A DNA stretch of 64,000 bases from the human T2T-CHM13v2.0 reference genome, Homo sapiens. The translations under genes were made by a program, and so were the position numbers. The stretch is taken from the NCBI RefSeq assembly GCF_009914755.1, contig NC_060934.1; one strand, 5' to 3'. How positions within the stretch are numbered: the stretch's first letter is position 1; every line of letters starts with the position of its first letter. The notes under the pieces are model-generated. The model was not told the DNA's origin and ran no database searches. It saw only the letters and a list, made by a program, of their open reading frames with translations. Shown here piece by piece: positions 47,993 to 59,566 of the stretch.

Positions 47993-50599
47993 GAGTGCCT
48001 CCACCCCAGCCCACACCCAGGTCCTCCCAGGGATCCCTGGAGGTGGGGCTGGGAAGGTAGATATGATGGGGGGAACCCCTCTTAGTCCCAGGACAGTCCC
48101 TACCCCCAAGTGACATCTGCCTTATCTGAGACTCAGCCTTGTCACTTTCCAGCTGGACACCTCTGGCAGCCCCATCCTTCTCAGTGTCATGTTCTGCAAA
48201 GCAGGAGTGAGTCCTGGCCTCCCCTCCCCCGGGAGCTTCAGATGCACTGTGAGAGTGAGGGGTGTTTCAGGCTGCTGTCGGCACGCTGCCCTTTCTGGCC
48301 TCGCAGTGAGAAGCTGCCGTGTGGTCAGGGTCTCACACACCCCAGAAGTGAGAGTGCTGTGCTGAGGGTGCCTGGGAGAGCTATCTGAGCATTGGGGTCC
48401 CTGCCTCATGGGGAGATTGGGTGGGCTTCCACTGGCCTTGAGGCTCAGGCTGCACTCACTCCGTGGCACCAAGGCCTTTCCACAAAAGAGCGCTCCCCTC
48501 CAGCCCCTCGTGGTTTATCCTTGCGGTCTGACCAGGCTGGGAGCAAACGGGGCTACACCTCGTCTCCTGCCCTCTCTTCTCCCTGAACTCCCCAGGAGGC
48601 CAAGCCCACACAGGCTGTGGGCCTCGGCTAAGGCACCAGCAGAGCTGTGGTGGGTGTGCACAGCATGGCACAGGCTCCTGGTTCCTGAGCCCCCCTTTCG
48701 CAGCATGAGGGGTGCCCGGCGCCGTCTGGCCCTGAGCAGGGCTGCTGAGCAGCTCCCAGGGCTGGGCAGGGTTCAGGCTCTCCGGCTGGTTGCCGCATAG
48801 CGGGCAGACTGTGAGTGGGGATGGGCTGCTTACTCACATCCCGGCTGTGTTCCTGTGGGCTGCTTATTAGCTGTGCGACCTCAGGAGGTTATAGAACCTC
48901 TTGGCCTCGTGTGGAAATCAGGGATGTCAGTGTCCACCTCACAGCGTTTCACTGAGTGCTAAAGGAAATATCCAGGGCACAATCCACAATATGGACTCAA
49001 TACAGAGTGCCCTCCTACTCCTTCTCTCTTTCCTAGCAGGGTGGTCCAATGCAGGCTCACTGTCCCCCAACCAGAGCCTGAGTTCAAATTCTAGCACCCC
49101 CACTTATGGCTGGGTGACCCTAGCTGGGTCCCTTCCCCTCTCTGATCTCAGTTTGCCCCTTTGCACAAGCCCAACACCAAGGGGCTGGGGTGGCTGGGGC
49201 AGTGAGGTACGTGTGTGCACCATAAGCCGAGCACCCCTGAGACGCTGATGGCCCGACGCCGTTTCTCCGGGCCTGGCCGATGCTCACTGGGGAGCGAGGG
49301 CTTTTCGGCTCTGGCTTCCGTCTCAGCTGCCAAGATAATTATTTTCTCTCTGTCAGCGGCTCTGCTGGCCAGCTTGCCTTTGGGAAAGGCCTAGCTGTGG
49401 GCGGTGGGGAGGCAGGAGGCCGACTCCAGTTCTGCCCCAGTCACTGACTCACTGCATGACCCCAGATGAGGGCAAACGCTGCCTGTCTCTGGGCCTCAGT
49501 TTCCTCCTCAGTGAAAGGGAAGTATTGGGGTCAGTGAACCCCAAAACTGTTTGTATTTCCAAGGTAAGCAGAATTTGGGGGCTGCCAGAGCCAGAAGGTT
49601 AGGATGTAGAGCCACTTCCTCTCCCCATGGCTGGGGTGGGGACACTGGGCCTGGTCCCAGGATCTTGGGGTGTAGGGTTCCAGCACTCATGGAGCCCAGC
49701 ACCAGCCCCCACGGGGTCATCCATGCATCAGCTGACGTGTGTGGAGAGCCACTGGTGTCTGGCCCTCGCATGCAGTGCATTACACAGTCTGCACAGCTCT
49801 TTGAGGGAGGCCTTCTCTTTATTTCTATATCCCCTACAACAGTTGAGGAAACTGAGGCAGAGGGAGGCTTAAGAAACGTGTCCAAGTCACACACTTGGTA
49901 CGAGGGCGAAGCCAAGATTTGAAGCAGATCCTTGTGATTACTGAGCCTGCCTCTCAATCACCAGGCCTCTTTGCCTCTTATCGAGGCCCTGGGCACCGTT
50001 TCTCCCTGGGAGCCCCTGCCTGTGCACAGTGAGGTGGAGCCCAGGCTGAGGCCCTTACCGAGCCCCTTGGCGTGTATGGAGGCCTATGCTTCACGTGATG
50101 TGGGCACCACCTCTCCCGCTGTGAGCCACGATCTTTGTTCTGAGAGGAGCTCAGCCCTGCAGTCAGGTTTCCTGGTTTTTAGAGGTGGGCACTCCGGTGC
50201 AGAGAGGCACAGTGACTGTTCACGGCCTTGCATCGGGGCACCTTCACAGCCATAGCTTGAATTCTGGGTTCTGCACATCCCAGCCTCCAGCTGAGACCCC
50301 AGAGAAGCCCACCAGCCAGGCCTCTGGGTGTCATCCTCCCTCCTGCCCTCAGGGCTCTGTGGGCAGTAGGGGGCGTGTTGGTGGGCCGTTGAGGAGATGG
50401 GCCAGCTGAGCCCCACCCAACAAGGATGGTTGTGTGCCCACACTCCCAGTGCACCCGCAGGCCCTGCACTTCTGCCTGCTGCCATCTCTGCCCCGAGCAC
50501 CACTGTCTCTGGTCTGGACCCTGGAGCAGCGTCCCCACTGCTCTTCTGCCTCCTCCTATTCCTCCAAGCCCTTCTCCCTTCACAGCCATGGGGGCTTCC

Positions 50600-51057
50600 T
50601 AAACTAGAACTAGGGTCACATCCCTCAGCTGCCCAGATGCTGCTGTGGCTCCTGCCCACCCTCTTTCTTACTGTCCCTGGCCCCTGGTCTCCACTCACGG
50701 CACCCCTCCCTTGCTCAGTGCATCTGCTACACCACAGACCCCAAGTCCTCCACTGGGCCAGGCACTTTTCTCTATCTTGGAGTCTTCACATATGCTGTTC
50801 CCTCTGCCTGGAATGCTGTTTGCTGCATCTTGGTCTGCCTCTCCCTGGCTTGTTGCTCAACTTCACTTCTCCAGAGAGGCCACCTGGGACCTTGAGTCTC
50901 TGCTGTGTGGCTCCTGGACTCATTGTTTGTTTCTGGCAAGCACTGCTTTTACTTTTGTATCATTTGATTCTTTGCTCTTGTCTGAGTCTCCGCAAGGGTA
51001 GGGATCACTATCACATCAGCATGCTTGCTGAATGTTTGTTGAATGAATGAGTGAATG
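50600..51057 (+). mobile_element. L2 3' end
   Basis: cacatatgctgttccctctgcctggaatgct...aatgtttgttgaatgaatgagtgaatg. Confidence 0.8.
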
Positions 51058-51361
51058 CGAAGTGCCTTTGTCATTGCATCTCCCTGGATTCTCCCGGTGA
51101 CCTTGAGACATACTTTGACCCCACTTTGACACGTGAGGAAATTGAACCCCAGAGAGTCTGAGAGCATATCTGTAATCACATAACCAGTAACTGGCAGGTG
51201 TGGGGAGTCAGGGGCCTGTTTATGCCAGGGCACCCCATCATGTCCCTTCAGAGTCCCCCTCTGTCAGATGGGGATGATATGGTGGCAGTGGGCAGTGGCC
51301 TCATGGTCAGTGCCGGGCCTCTACTGTGGGTAGACCCGCTGACCTCCCACTTTCATTGCAG

Positions 51362-51442
51362 CAGGATGGAGCTGGAGTGAGGTGGAGGGGCCGCAAGCTG
51401 CTGACCGGCGTGTGGGACACTGGTGGTTTGCAGATCACTGAG
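51362..51442 (+). other. ZMIZ1: 5'UTR exon (likely exon 4), 81 nt
   Basis: Branch-like gctgac, then ctcccactttcattgcag|CAG (tandem CAGCAG acceptor); donor GAG|gtaggt. Confidence 0.88.
51366..51380 (+). other. Micro-uORF MELE* in the 81-nt exon
   Basis: ATG GAG CTG GAG TGA; strong Kozak context (A at -3, G at +4). Translation not shown. Confidence 0.65.
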
Positions 51443-53713
51443 GTAGGTGTGCCACGGGGCTGGCGGGAGGTGGCTGGGTCGGACGCAGGTGAGTCCTCAT
51501 GAGGGCAGGTGCTAGCCCTAGCACGCTGGACCTTTGACTCGGGCCTCAGCCCTGAGGGGCAGGAGCGGGCACAAGCCACCTTTGCTGGGACCTCATCATG
51601 CCCCCAATGGGCTGTCCCTCTACCTGGCACCCAGGGACCTCTTGGCCTGGCCTTTCTCTAGAGCAGCTGCTAGGGGTGGGGGCTGCAGGTCTGCCCGGGG
51701 AGAGGGGCAGGTCTGGCTACCTGGTCTTGGCACAGCAGCCCTGTCTGCACCACTCTAAACCCTGTGGAGTATGGGCAGCCCCACCAAAGGAGGCCTGGGT
51801 GAGCAGGAGCATGTCGGCTGAAATGGGTGCAGGGCTACCCACCCCTTCTGCCCACTCTCACAAACATGCCGAGATGGATACACTGGGCTCTGGGGTCAGA
51901 CCACCTGGATTCAAATCCTGACTGGCATGCATGGTTACTCTGTGCCTCTGTTTACCCATCTATCAAATGGGAATGAGATGGCGGTGCCTGCTCCACTCTC
52001 GCAGTGAGGAGACTACACACCTGGCACACAGCAAGGACTAGGGACATGTCAGTCCTTTTCCTCAAGGGTGCTAGGACCCACCTTTCTCCCCACACACCTC
52101 AGTTTCCACCACCCTGCTCCCCCTGAGGACCCACCAGTGCCAGGATGGACACGAACTGGACCCCCCGCCTGATAAGGGGGGCAGGGCACCTTGAGGAGCA
52201 ACTGAGAGCAGCTGGGGCCAGCAGGTCCTAAGGTCGGGGCCAGCAGGTCCTGAGGTCAAGCCCAGCTCTGTCCCGTGCCCCAGCATTTCTCATCATGGGG
52301 TGGCATTTCAGGGTTGATCTCACTTGGCCCTGTGCCCGAGGGTGACCTGTGTAATCCCTGTTTACTTGGCAACTCTCAACCTAGAGATGAGAGACTTCAC
52401 AAAAATCCTTACTTGGCCCAGAGCCCTTTGTCCCAAGGCGTCGTGGTGCTGGGGCAGCCCGGGAGGGGGGAGTCTTCGCCCTGGTGTGGAGCTGTCTCCT
52501 AACATCCCTTGCTGCCCTCAGCGTCCCTCCTGGAGCTTAGCGCTTCCAGGGGCCTAGGGGCAGGGCCAGGCGAGCCTCAGTCAAGCTCCGACATTGGAGA
52601 GCCAGGCTCCATCTCCGTTCCTGCTGCAGGAAATCCCAGCTGTCTGCTGATTGGCTGCATGACCTTGGGCCAGTCCCTTCCCTTGTGTGAGAGCCAGCTT
52701 TCTCATCTGAAAATGAGGCTGATTATACTGACATTGCTGACAGAGCTGCTGTGAGGATGCTTAGAAGCCATGAATATTTTTAAATGTCACAGTCTCGTGA
52801 GCATCTGCTGTGTGTGTGTCAGGCACTATGCTCCTTTAATACCTTTTTACCCCCACAAGAATCCCACGGGGAGGTTTGTCTAATTCATTCTCCAGAGGCT
52901 CGGCGTGGTTAGGAAACCCACAGAGCCATCAGTGCTGGAATGGGGATTTGAACCGAGGTCCATCAGGATTAACCAGTGCATAAGGCCTTAGAGGCCAGGG
53001 GCGGGGCCCCAGGACAAGCATGGGAGCTGCTTGGGGAAAGCCACTCCATTTCTGCCCTGCAGCCTTTGCCCAGCCCGCCAAGTCCGCTGCTCTCTGGAGC
53101 CAGAGGGTGGCCCTCAGGCTGGTGGCCTGCCTCTCCCGATGGGGCCTGCCTGCAACTCGATAAGGCTAGGGGAACCCTCTGCTAATTGTCTGGTAACCTT
53201 TGAAATTCTCCTTCACGGTGGGTTCTCTTTTCGGATGTTTTTCAAGGTAATTCATTCCTTTTCCATAAATTGCCAGTGGCGGAGCATTAGGCAGCTGGTA
53301 ATTAATCATAGGAGCAGCTTCGAGTTGATTCTTTGAAAAAGAAAAAAAAAATGAGGAAGAGAAAGCCTTGGTGGAAAAAGAAAAGAAAACCACTCTAAGG
53401 CGAGGGTGGTAATCAATACCTTGGTGTCCTAGAAACGGCTGGGGGTGGGGACGGTGAACATGCGGCCTTCTCTCCTTCTTCCCAGGGCTGGCCCACTGTC
53501 AGCACCAACAGCGGCAGCGTGGGGCTCCGCTCTTGACCATTGGCTCCCTGTATGGCTTTGAGAAGTTGCTGCCTTTCCCTGGACTCAGCTTTGCCACCTG
53601 TAAAATGGGTGAAGGGCAGCTGTTAAACTGAAAAGAACATTGAATGAACCATTGTTCACTACCACGTCTTAGTCCCTGGCACAGAGCAGTGGCCCCATTG
53701 ATATTCTGTTAAT

Positions 53714-53745
53714 TGAGTGAGTGAGTGAGTGAGTGAGTGAGTGAT
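53714..53745. repeat. (TGAG)n tetranucleotide repeat, probably an expanded L2 tail
   Basis: Follows an L2-end-like cctggcacagagcag...attctgttaattga. Confidence 0.9.
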
Positions 53746-54004
53746 TCTCATGCGTCCTAGGTAGCTGTCTTGAGTGAAGGAGGTGGTACTGGCTATAGGA
53801 TATTGTGACTGTAGCTCTGTTATAATTTGGAGTGACAGTCAGGGTGATGGGCCAGTTCTGTCACTTTCCAAGCTAATGATGAAAGGACAGTCTTGCTTGG
53901 TGAACTCCGGCCAGGAGACCTCAGGCCCCTTAGTGGCAACCATGCTATCTCTTCAGCATCTTCCAATTCAACTTTCCAAGAGTCTGAGCTATCTGGAGAT
54001 TTTA

Positions 54005-54130
54005 TGTTAAAAAGCTGCCTCCTGCAGAGGTGGTGAGTTCCTCATCACTAAACTGTGTGCAAGCTGGGGTTGCGGCTGTATGGGCCACTTGGACAGTGGA
54101 TTTTGGGGCTTGGAGCATCCCTGAGTCTGG
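54005..54130 (+). mobile_element. L3/CR1 fragment
   Basis: gctgcct..gaggtggtgagttcctcatcact..tgcaagc. Confidence 0.45.
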
Positions 54131-55243
54131 GAGAGAGCATGAGGCTCTCCAGGATGGTTACTGGGGAGGCTGCACTGATCGGGAGGAAGCCTGTTCCCTC
54201 CGGAGCCCCTTCCCAAAAGTCCCAGGGGAGGACTGGACGAGGATACAGGCGCTGAGGCACCAGTGCCTGCTCCCCGCTGACTGGCCCCATTGCATGGACA
54301 TAGGGGCACTGAGCAGGGTTGAGGGAAAGAGCCACACTCCTTATATCAGAGGGTGTCTAACAGGTTGTGGGTTGGGTAGGGGGGTGGGGAGGTACAGAAA
54401 GCCCTTGTCTGGGAGGTGGGGGCCTCAGACCTAGGTCTGATATGCTGGTCTGTCTGGTGTAACCTCAGCAGCTCCCTTTCCCTTTCTGGGATTTGGGCCA
54501 CGATCCTTCAGGAGAGGGCAGCAGATGGGGAGTGTGTTCTCCAAGCCTTCCTCCCCTGCCCGGGTGAGCTCAGTTTGGGAGCCAGAGCTGGGCCTGACAA
54601 AGCCGGTTTCCTCTTAGCAGCTTCTCTCATTCTGGCCCTAATGTGGGACCAGGGTTCCTTGCCCAGAGACCCAGGATGACAGTGCACCCTAGCCTGAGTA
54701 GTGGCTCTGGGAGACTCAGAGCTTCCAGAGGGAGGGAGGGAGGAGGGTGTGTGGCTGTGTGCTTGTGTGTAAGTGTGTGCGTAGTAGCGTGTGCCTGTGT
54801 ATGGGTGTGATTGTTCAGCAGGACGTGAGGCTGTGTGAATATTCATGAGTATTCAAGGAAAGGGGAGACCCATCCCTCCCGTGTGTGTCAGGACCTCCAG
54901 GTGCACACTGGCTCCACATTCAGACTGGCCTGGGGGGCCCTGACCACAGTGGAGCTGACTGAGGGGCAGTGTGGGGCCCAAGCATTCAGGCCGGAGAGTT
55001 CGGACCTGCCCTCCCGCAGCTGGAGGTCTTGACAGCTCCCCGTGGTCACGGGAGGGCATGGATTTGGCGGCCATGCCTCCTGCCACAGACTTACACCCTG
55101 AGCCTCTGGCCTGAAGTCTCTGGGTGGGCCCAACCAGCTCCCCCTAGGCGGGCCTGGTCTGCTAGGGGGGTCCTCTGTGAGCAGCCAAGCCTAACTTGGC
55201 ACTAGTCATTTCTTTACTTCTTCTGGCCTTGGCCTCCAAACCC

Positions 55244-55315
55244 CAGCTCAGCTGTGTGTGTGTGCGCGCGCGCGTGCGCGCGCGCGTGCGTGTCTGGGCT
55301 CTCCCTGCAGCTCAG

Positions 55316-55364
<49 letters not shown>

Positions 55365-55380
55365 TGGGCTCTCCCTGCAG
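55244..55380. repeat. Tandem duplication of a microsatellite-containing unit
   Basis: cagctcagc-[RY tract]-ctgggctctccctg twice; copy 1 is (TG)6(CG)5TG(CG)5TGCGTG, copy 2 is (TG)23. Confidence 0.95.
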
Positions 55381-56599
55381 GGTGGGGCAGTGGGTCCATC
55401 TCTGCGTGTCTCTGTCCCATCTCCCCGTGGCTGTCTGTCCTCATCTCTCCCTGCAGCTCTCTCCTGCCCAGTTTTCCTGTCTTCTTACATCCCAGAGGCT
55501 GCCTCCGCCGCCACACGCCTCCCTGTCCCTGCAGCGTATCCCAGGGTCCCTGCACCTCCTCACCTCTGCTCTCCTTCTCAGGGCCACTCCTTACCAGGCC
55601 TCCCAGCAGCACGGCTGCACCATGCCACTGTGTCACTGCTTCTTGTCATCCTCAGGGCTCTGCACAACAGAGGCCTCCCTACCTTCTGCCTTTGCCTAAA
55701 TCTGGCTCCAGCCAACATGCCACTCCCTCCCACCCTGCTCTTTGGCGGGTCTGAGACAACCCCACATTCCCAGCTGCTGGAGGCTGCACTCCGTGTGTGG
55801 CCAGGTGGTGGGGGAAGGTGCCATCCCCTCCCATGGCCCTGCCGTGCCGGCCACCTCCTGGCTCAGGAGTGCAGGCTGCTAGCCCACCCTGCAGCTGCCC
55901 TGTACCGTCCTGGGCATGTGGGTTGCTGGCCACCAGCTGGAGCAGGAGAACGAGAGGCGGCCTGTGCCCACTAACAAGGGGTGGTTGGAAACCTGGCATC
56001 TCCCTCCAGCATTAATGAAATTCCTGCTATAATTAGAAGTGAGGTGTACAGGAGCTGGCTGCCTGGTGGGAGTGTTTGTATGCTCATGAATAAGTAAATT
56101 GTCCTCTCCTGAAGGGAGAGGAAGCTGGAAGGTGTAGGCCCAGAGGGTCTCAGTGGCCTGTGAGGGGCAGAGGCCCCACCACTCACCTGGACGCCCTCGG
56201 GAAGCTCCCTCGGTCCCCGGCCTTGGTCAGCCAGTCTTCCTGGAAGTGCCTGCTGCGTGCCCAGCCAACTCAGCCTGGCATTCAAAGTCACCGCCATCTG
56301 GCCCCAGCCTCCTTTCACAGCCACATCACATGCTAGCCTTCTGCCAGCGCCCTGGGCTGCGGCTCCACCGCGCTGCCCCCCACCCCTCTTCTTCATCACA
56401 CCTTCCCACTCTGTGCTCTGGCCTGAGTTTCTATGGGCTGCCTCATGGCTCCATCCTCGGAAGCCTTCCTCAGGCCACACCTGTGCCTCCTGGAGGCCCC
56501 AGTAGCCTTCCCTGGACAGGCCTCCTAAATCCAGAGCCTTCCTTCGACACTCTTCTTGCCGTTTAAAGTGTGCATCAGACTGCCCACCAGGCTGTTTTT

Positions 56600-56695
56600 C
56601 ATTTTTCATTGATTACATATTGGGATGGTAATGTATTGGATTCACAGGGCAGATATTTTACATTCTTCATCATACTAAGTCTTTGAAATCCAGTC
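56600..56695. mobile_element. MER33/MER3-like hAT fragment
   Basis: agatattttacattctt..catactaagtctttgaaatccagt. Confidence 0.55.
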
Positions 56696-58989
56696 ATTGC
56701 AGTCTCCACTGTTAGCTGTATTGCACGGCGCATGCTTGGAGAGTCCTGTTTCATCTTGCAGGTGAAGAAACTGAGGCCTGAGGGAGGAAATCCTGCAGGT
56801 GAGTTTGCAGAGCACAGGCTGTCTCTGTAGGCAAGGCCACTGCTGTCCTGCAGGACAAAATAAGGAACCGAGGCACAGGGCACTTGTCCTAAAGATATAT
56901 CGAGGCAGGCAGGACCATGGCTAGAACCCAGGCAACTGAACCTGAAATGAATAGAGGAAAGGCGATGTGAGCAATTTCATTCCCCCCACACCGCCCACAG
57001 TAGATTTCAGTGCTTGAGGCTGCCCTGTACTTCATGCCCAAACAGCCCCAGACCAAGCAGCTGTCACAGGCTGGGCCACGTATTGGCCAGTCCTGCCCTT
57101 CATCCCTCCCAGCTTCCTGACAGTGCGCATACACCCTAGACGGAGCTAGGAGGGTGAGAGCCTTTGTTCCTCCCAGGAAAGGTCACCCCTGCCCTCCAGC
57201 CCCTCCCACATCAGCCAGCAGAGTCTGAATCTCAGAGGTGCCCAAAGGTTGTGTCCTGCTAACCAGCCCAGGTCTCCAGCAAGTGGAGGATGCCTGTGGC
57301 AGGGATGGCTCCAAGGCTAGGAGGGAGAAGAGGGGATTTACTCCCCAGAGCCTGGCCCTGCCCCTGCTGGCCTAGAGAGTTCTCCCAAAGTGGGGTGTTT
57401 CTTAGGAGTCAGGCTGGCGGCAGAACAGCCCCTCCAGAGCCCTCTACCCTCTGGAGCCAATTTTCCTCTTTGTTACCTGCAAGCCCCCTTCAGCTGCACT
57501 TGGCTGTATGCTCCATTTATGATCTACCTCTTGTTTGCCTCTGCTCAGGCAGTGTGGCAGGGAGTCACGGAAGGTTCAGGTGCTCGTCTCCGTCCACTGC
57601 AGACAGGGCTGGTGCCACTACCCAAAGCGGAGCTCCCCCGGGGGCCTACCTCCTCCCACCAGCAAGGGCTGCGGAGTTTGAGTGTACTGAGCCAACAGCC
57701 CCCCTTTCTTTCCCCAGCCCATTCCCTCCTTCATCTGCACACAGGCACCCCATGGCCTTTTTTTGTCTCTGTTCCTCCAAGCCAGCCATCTGCTCTTTCC
57801 CCACTAGACTGTATACTCCTTGAAAGCTCAGGGCAGGCTATGAACCATGTCCCCAGCACAGTCCCTGGCCAGTTCTGTGTTGAAGGGCAGCTGAAAGCCA
57901 CAGACAGGCACCCAGCTTGTGCATCCTTAGCTTCCTCTGGGCATAGCAACAAGGTGATGTCTAGCATCCCAGTTGTTAATGTGCTTGTGGGCCGTATTAA
58001 GAAGGATTCGGAGGCTGTGTGCGGACTCCACGAGAAATAATGCTGTGCATCGTGTGGCGCATGGTCACGCTCTCAGCCTTGCTCCCTGGGTATCAGGTCT
58101 GCTTGACTGATGTCTCAGCTCTGGGCTGTGGCCAGTGCAGGAGGAGAGAAGAGGCAGGGACCTCAGTGTGACCCCCACAGGTGTCCGTCCACCCTGGCTG
58201 CTGGGTGAGCTGGGCCCCAGAAAACTTTCTAGAGCCCCCAGGGAGCTGACTGGTTAACGGAGAGCAGGAAATTTATGGTTGCTGAGCCTTTGGAAGCTTT
58301 TTGCTCACATCTGCCTCCCCCATTAAGTGCTTCTCACCCTTCTTCAGCTCCAGTTTGGGAAACAGCAAGCACATCTTGCCTCACGGCTGTTCTGGGACCG
58401 TCTACCGCTCCCCTGAGGCATCTTTAGGGACCTCTGTTGGAGCCTAGGGGAACATCTCTGCTTCATAACCTCTGTGAATTGCTCCCGTGGTGCCACCTCC
58501 ATCTGGCCCACCCTCAGGTTGGTGGGACAGGCTGGCATGAGACGGCCCTCGCCCTTGCCAATAGCCCCTGCCAGTTTTCTCTGGTCCCTGGCCTCACCCA
58601 GACTTCCCGTCACAACCCCTGACCCCTGCCCTTGTCACCACCTGGGGTGCCAGCCCCCTGTGCTTCGTTGCCTCTGCCCCCAGCAATTCCCTCTCAGGTA
58701 GGGGTTCCCAGTTGCCTCCTGCCCGGCAGCTCCAGCATGGTCAAGGATTGAGCCAGGAGGACTTTGATGCACTAGAACCTATAAATAATCTGGAGCATTT
58801 TTATCTGTGTATGGAAGAAATGCAACAGACTTCCTTGCATCCTGTAGCCAGCTTAGCCTGTCCACAGCCACAGCTCCAGAAGGGCTGATAAAGATCGTCT
58901 CATCCCTGGTATTGACTCCTCCAGCTGCTGCCCAGACACCTCCATTGCTGGAGAAGTCACTACACAGTTTTGCTCATGTAAATTCAGTG

Positions 58990-59160
58990 TGATAGAGGAT
59001 AAAGTGTGGCGTGTGGTCAAAGTGTGTGGGTTTCAGGGACAGACAGTCCTGGGTTCAAATCTCTATTCTTCCACCTATCAGCCAGGTGAGTCTGGACAAG
59101 TTTCTTTCATCTTCAACTCACCTGTTTCCTCATCTGTAAAGGGGTGCAGTGCACCCACCT
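58990..59160 (+). mobile_element. MIR SINE
   Basis: agacagtcctgggttcaaatc...tgtttcctcatctgtaaa. Confidence 0.75.
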
Positions 59161-59388
59161 GGCAGGATAAAATGCAGCAATAGCTACACAGCACCAGTCC
59201 TCTCTGTTAGCAGCAGACTGATGCCCTTGGGGAGATACCTCCCACCCCTCAAACAGGAGCATCTGCTTGAGGTGGGCATTTGTTAGCTCTGGACCCAGAC
59301 ACTTCCCTCTCCAGAGACAATGGACCCCCAGGTCTTCTCTTGAGCTTTCAAGTGGGAACTTCTAGGAGGATACTTTGAGATGGAGACA

Positions 59389-59566
59389 CAGTGCTTCCCA
59401 GGCATGCTAGCACACCCAGGCCACCTGGGACACCTGTTTAAATGCAGATCACCAGGCCCCTCTCCTGGAGTCTGATTCTGTAGATCTGGAGTTGGGCCTA
59501 GGCCTCCAATTTTTAAACAGATGCCCCCAGAAAATACCTGTGATCTGGCCAATCTGGGACACACTG
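59389..59566. mobile_element. MER5A-type hAT-Charlie MITE
   Basis: Terminal inverted repeats cagtgcttccca / tgggacacactg; internal aaatgcagat..ctgattctgtagatctgg. Confidence 0.8.
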
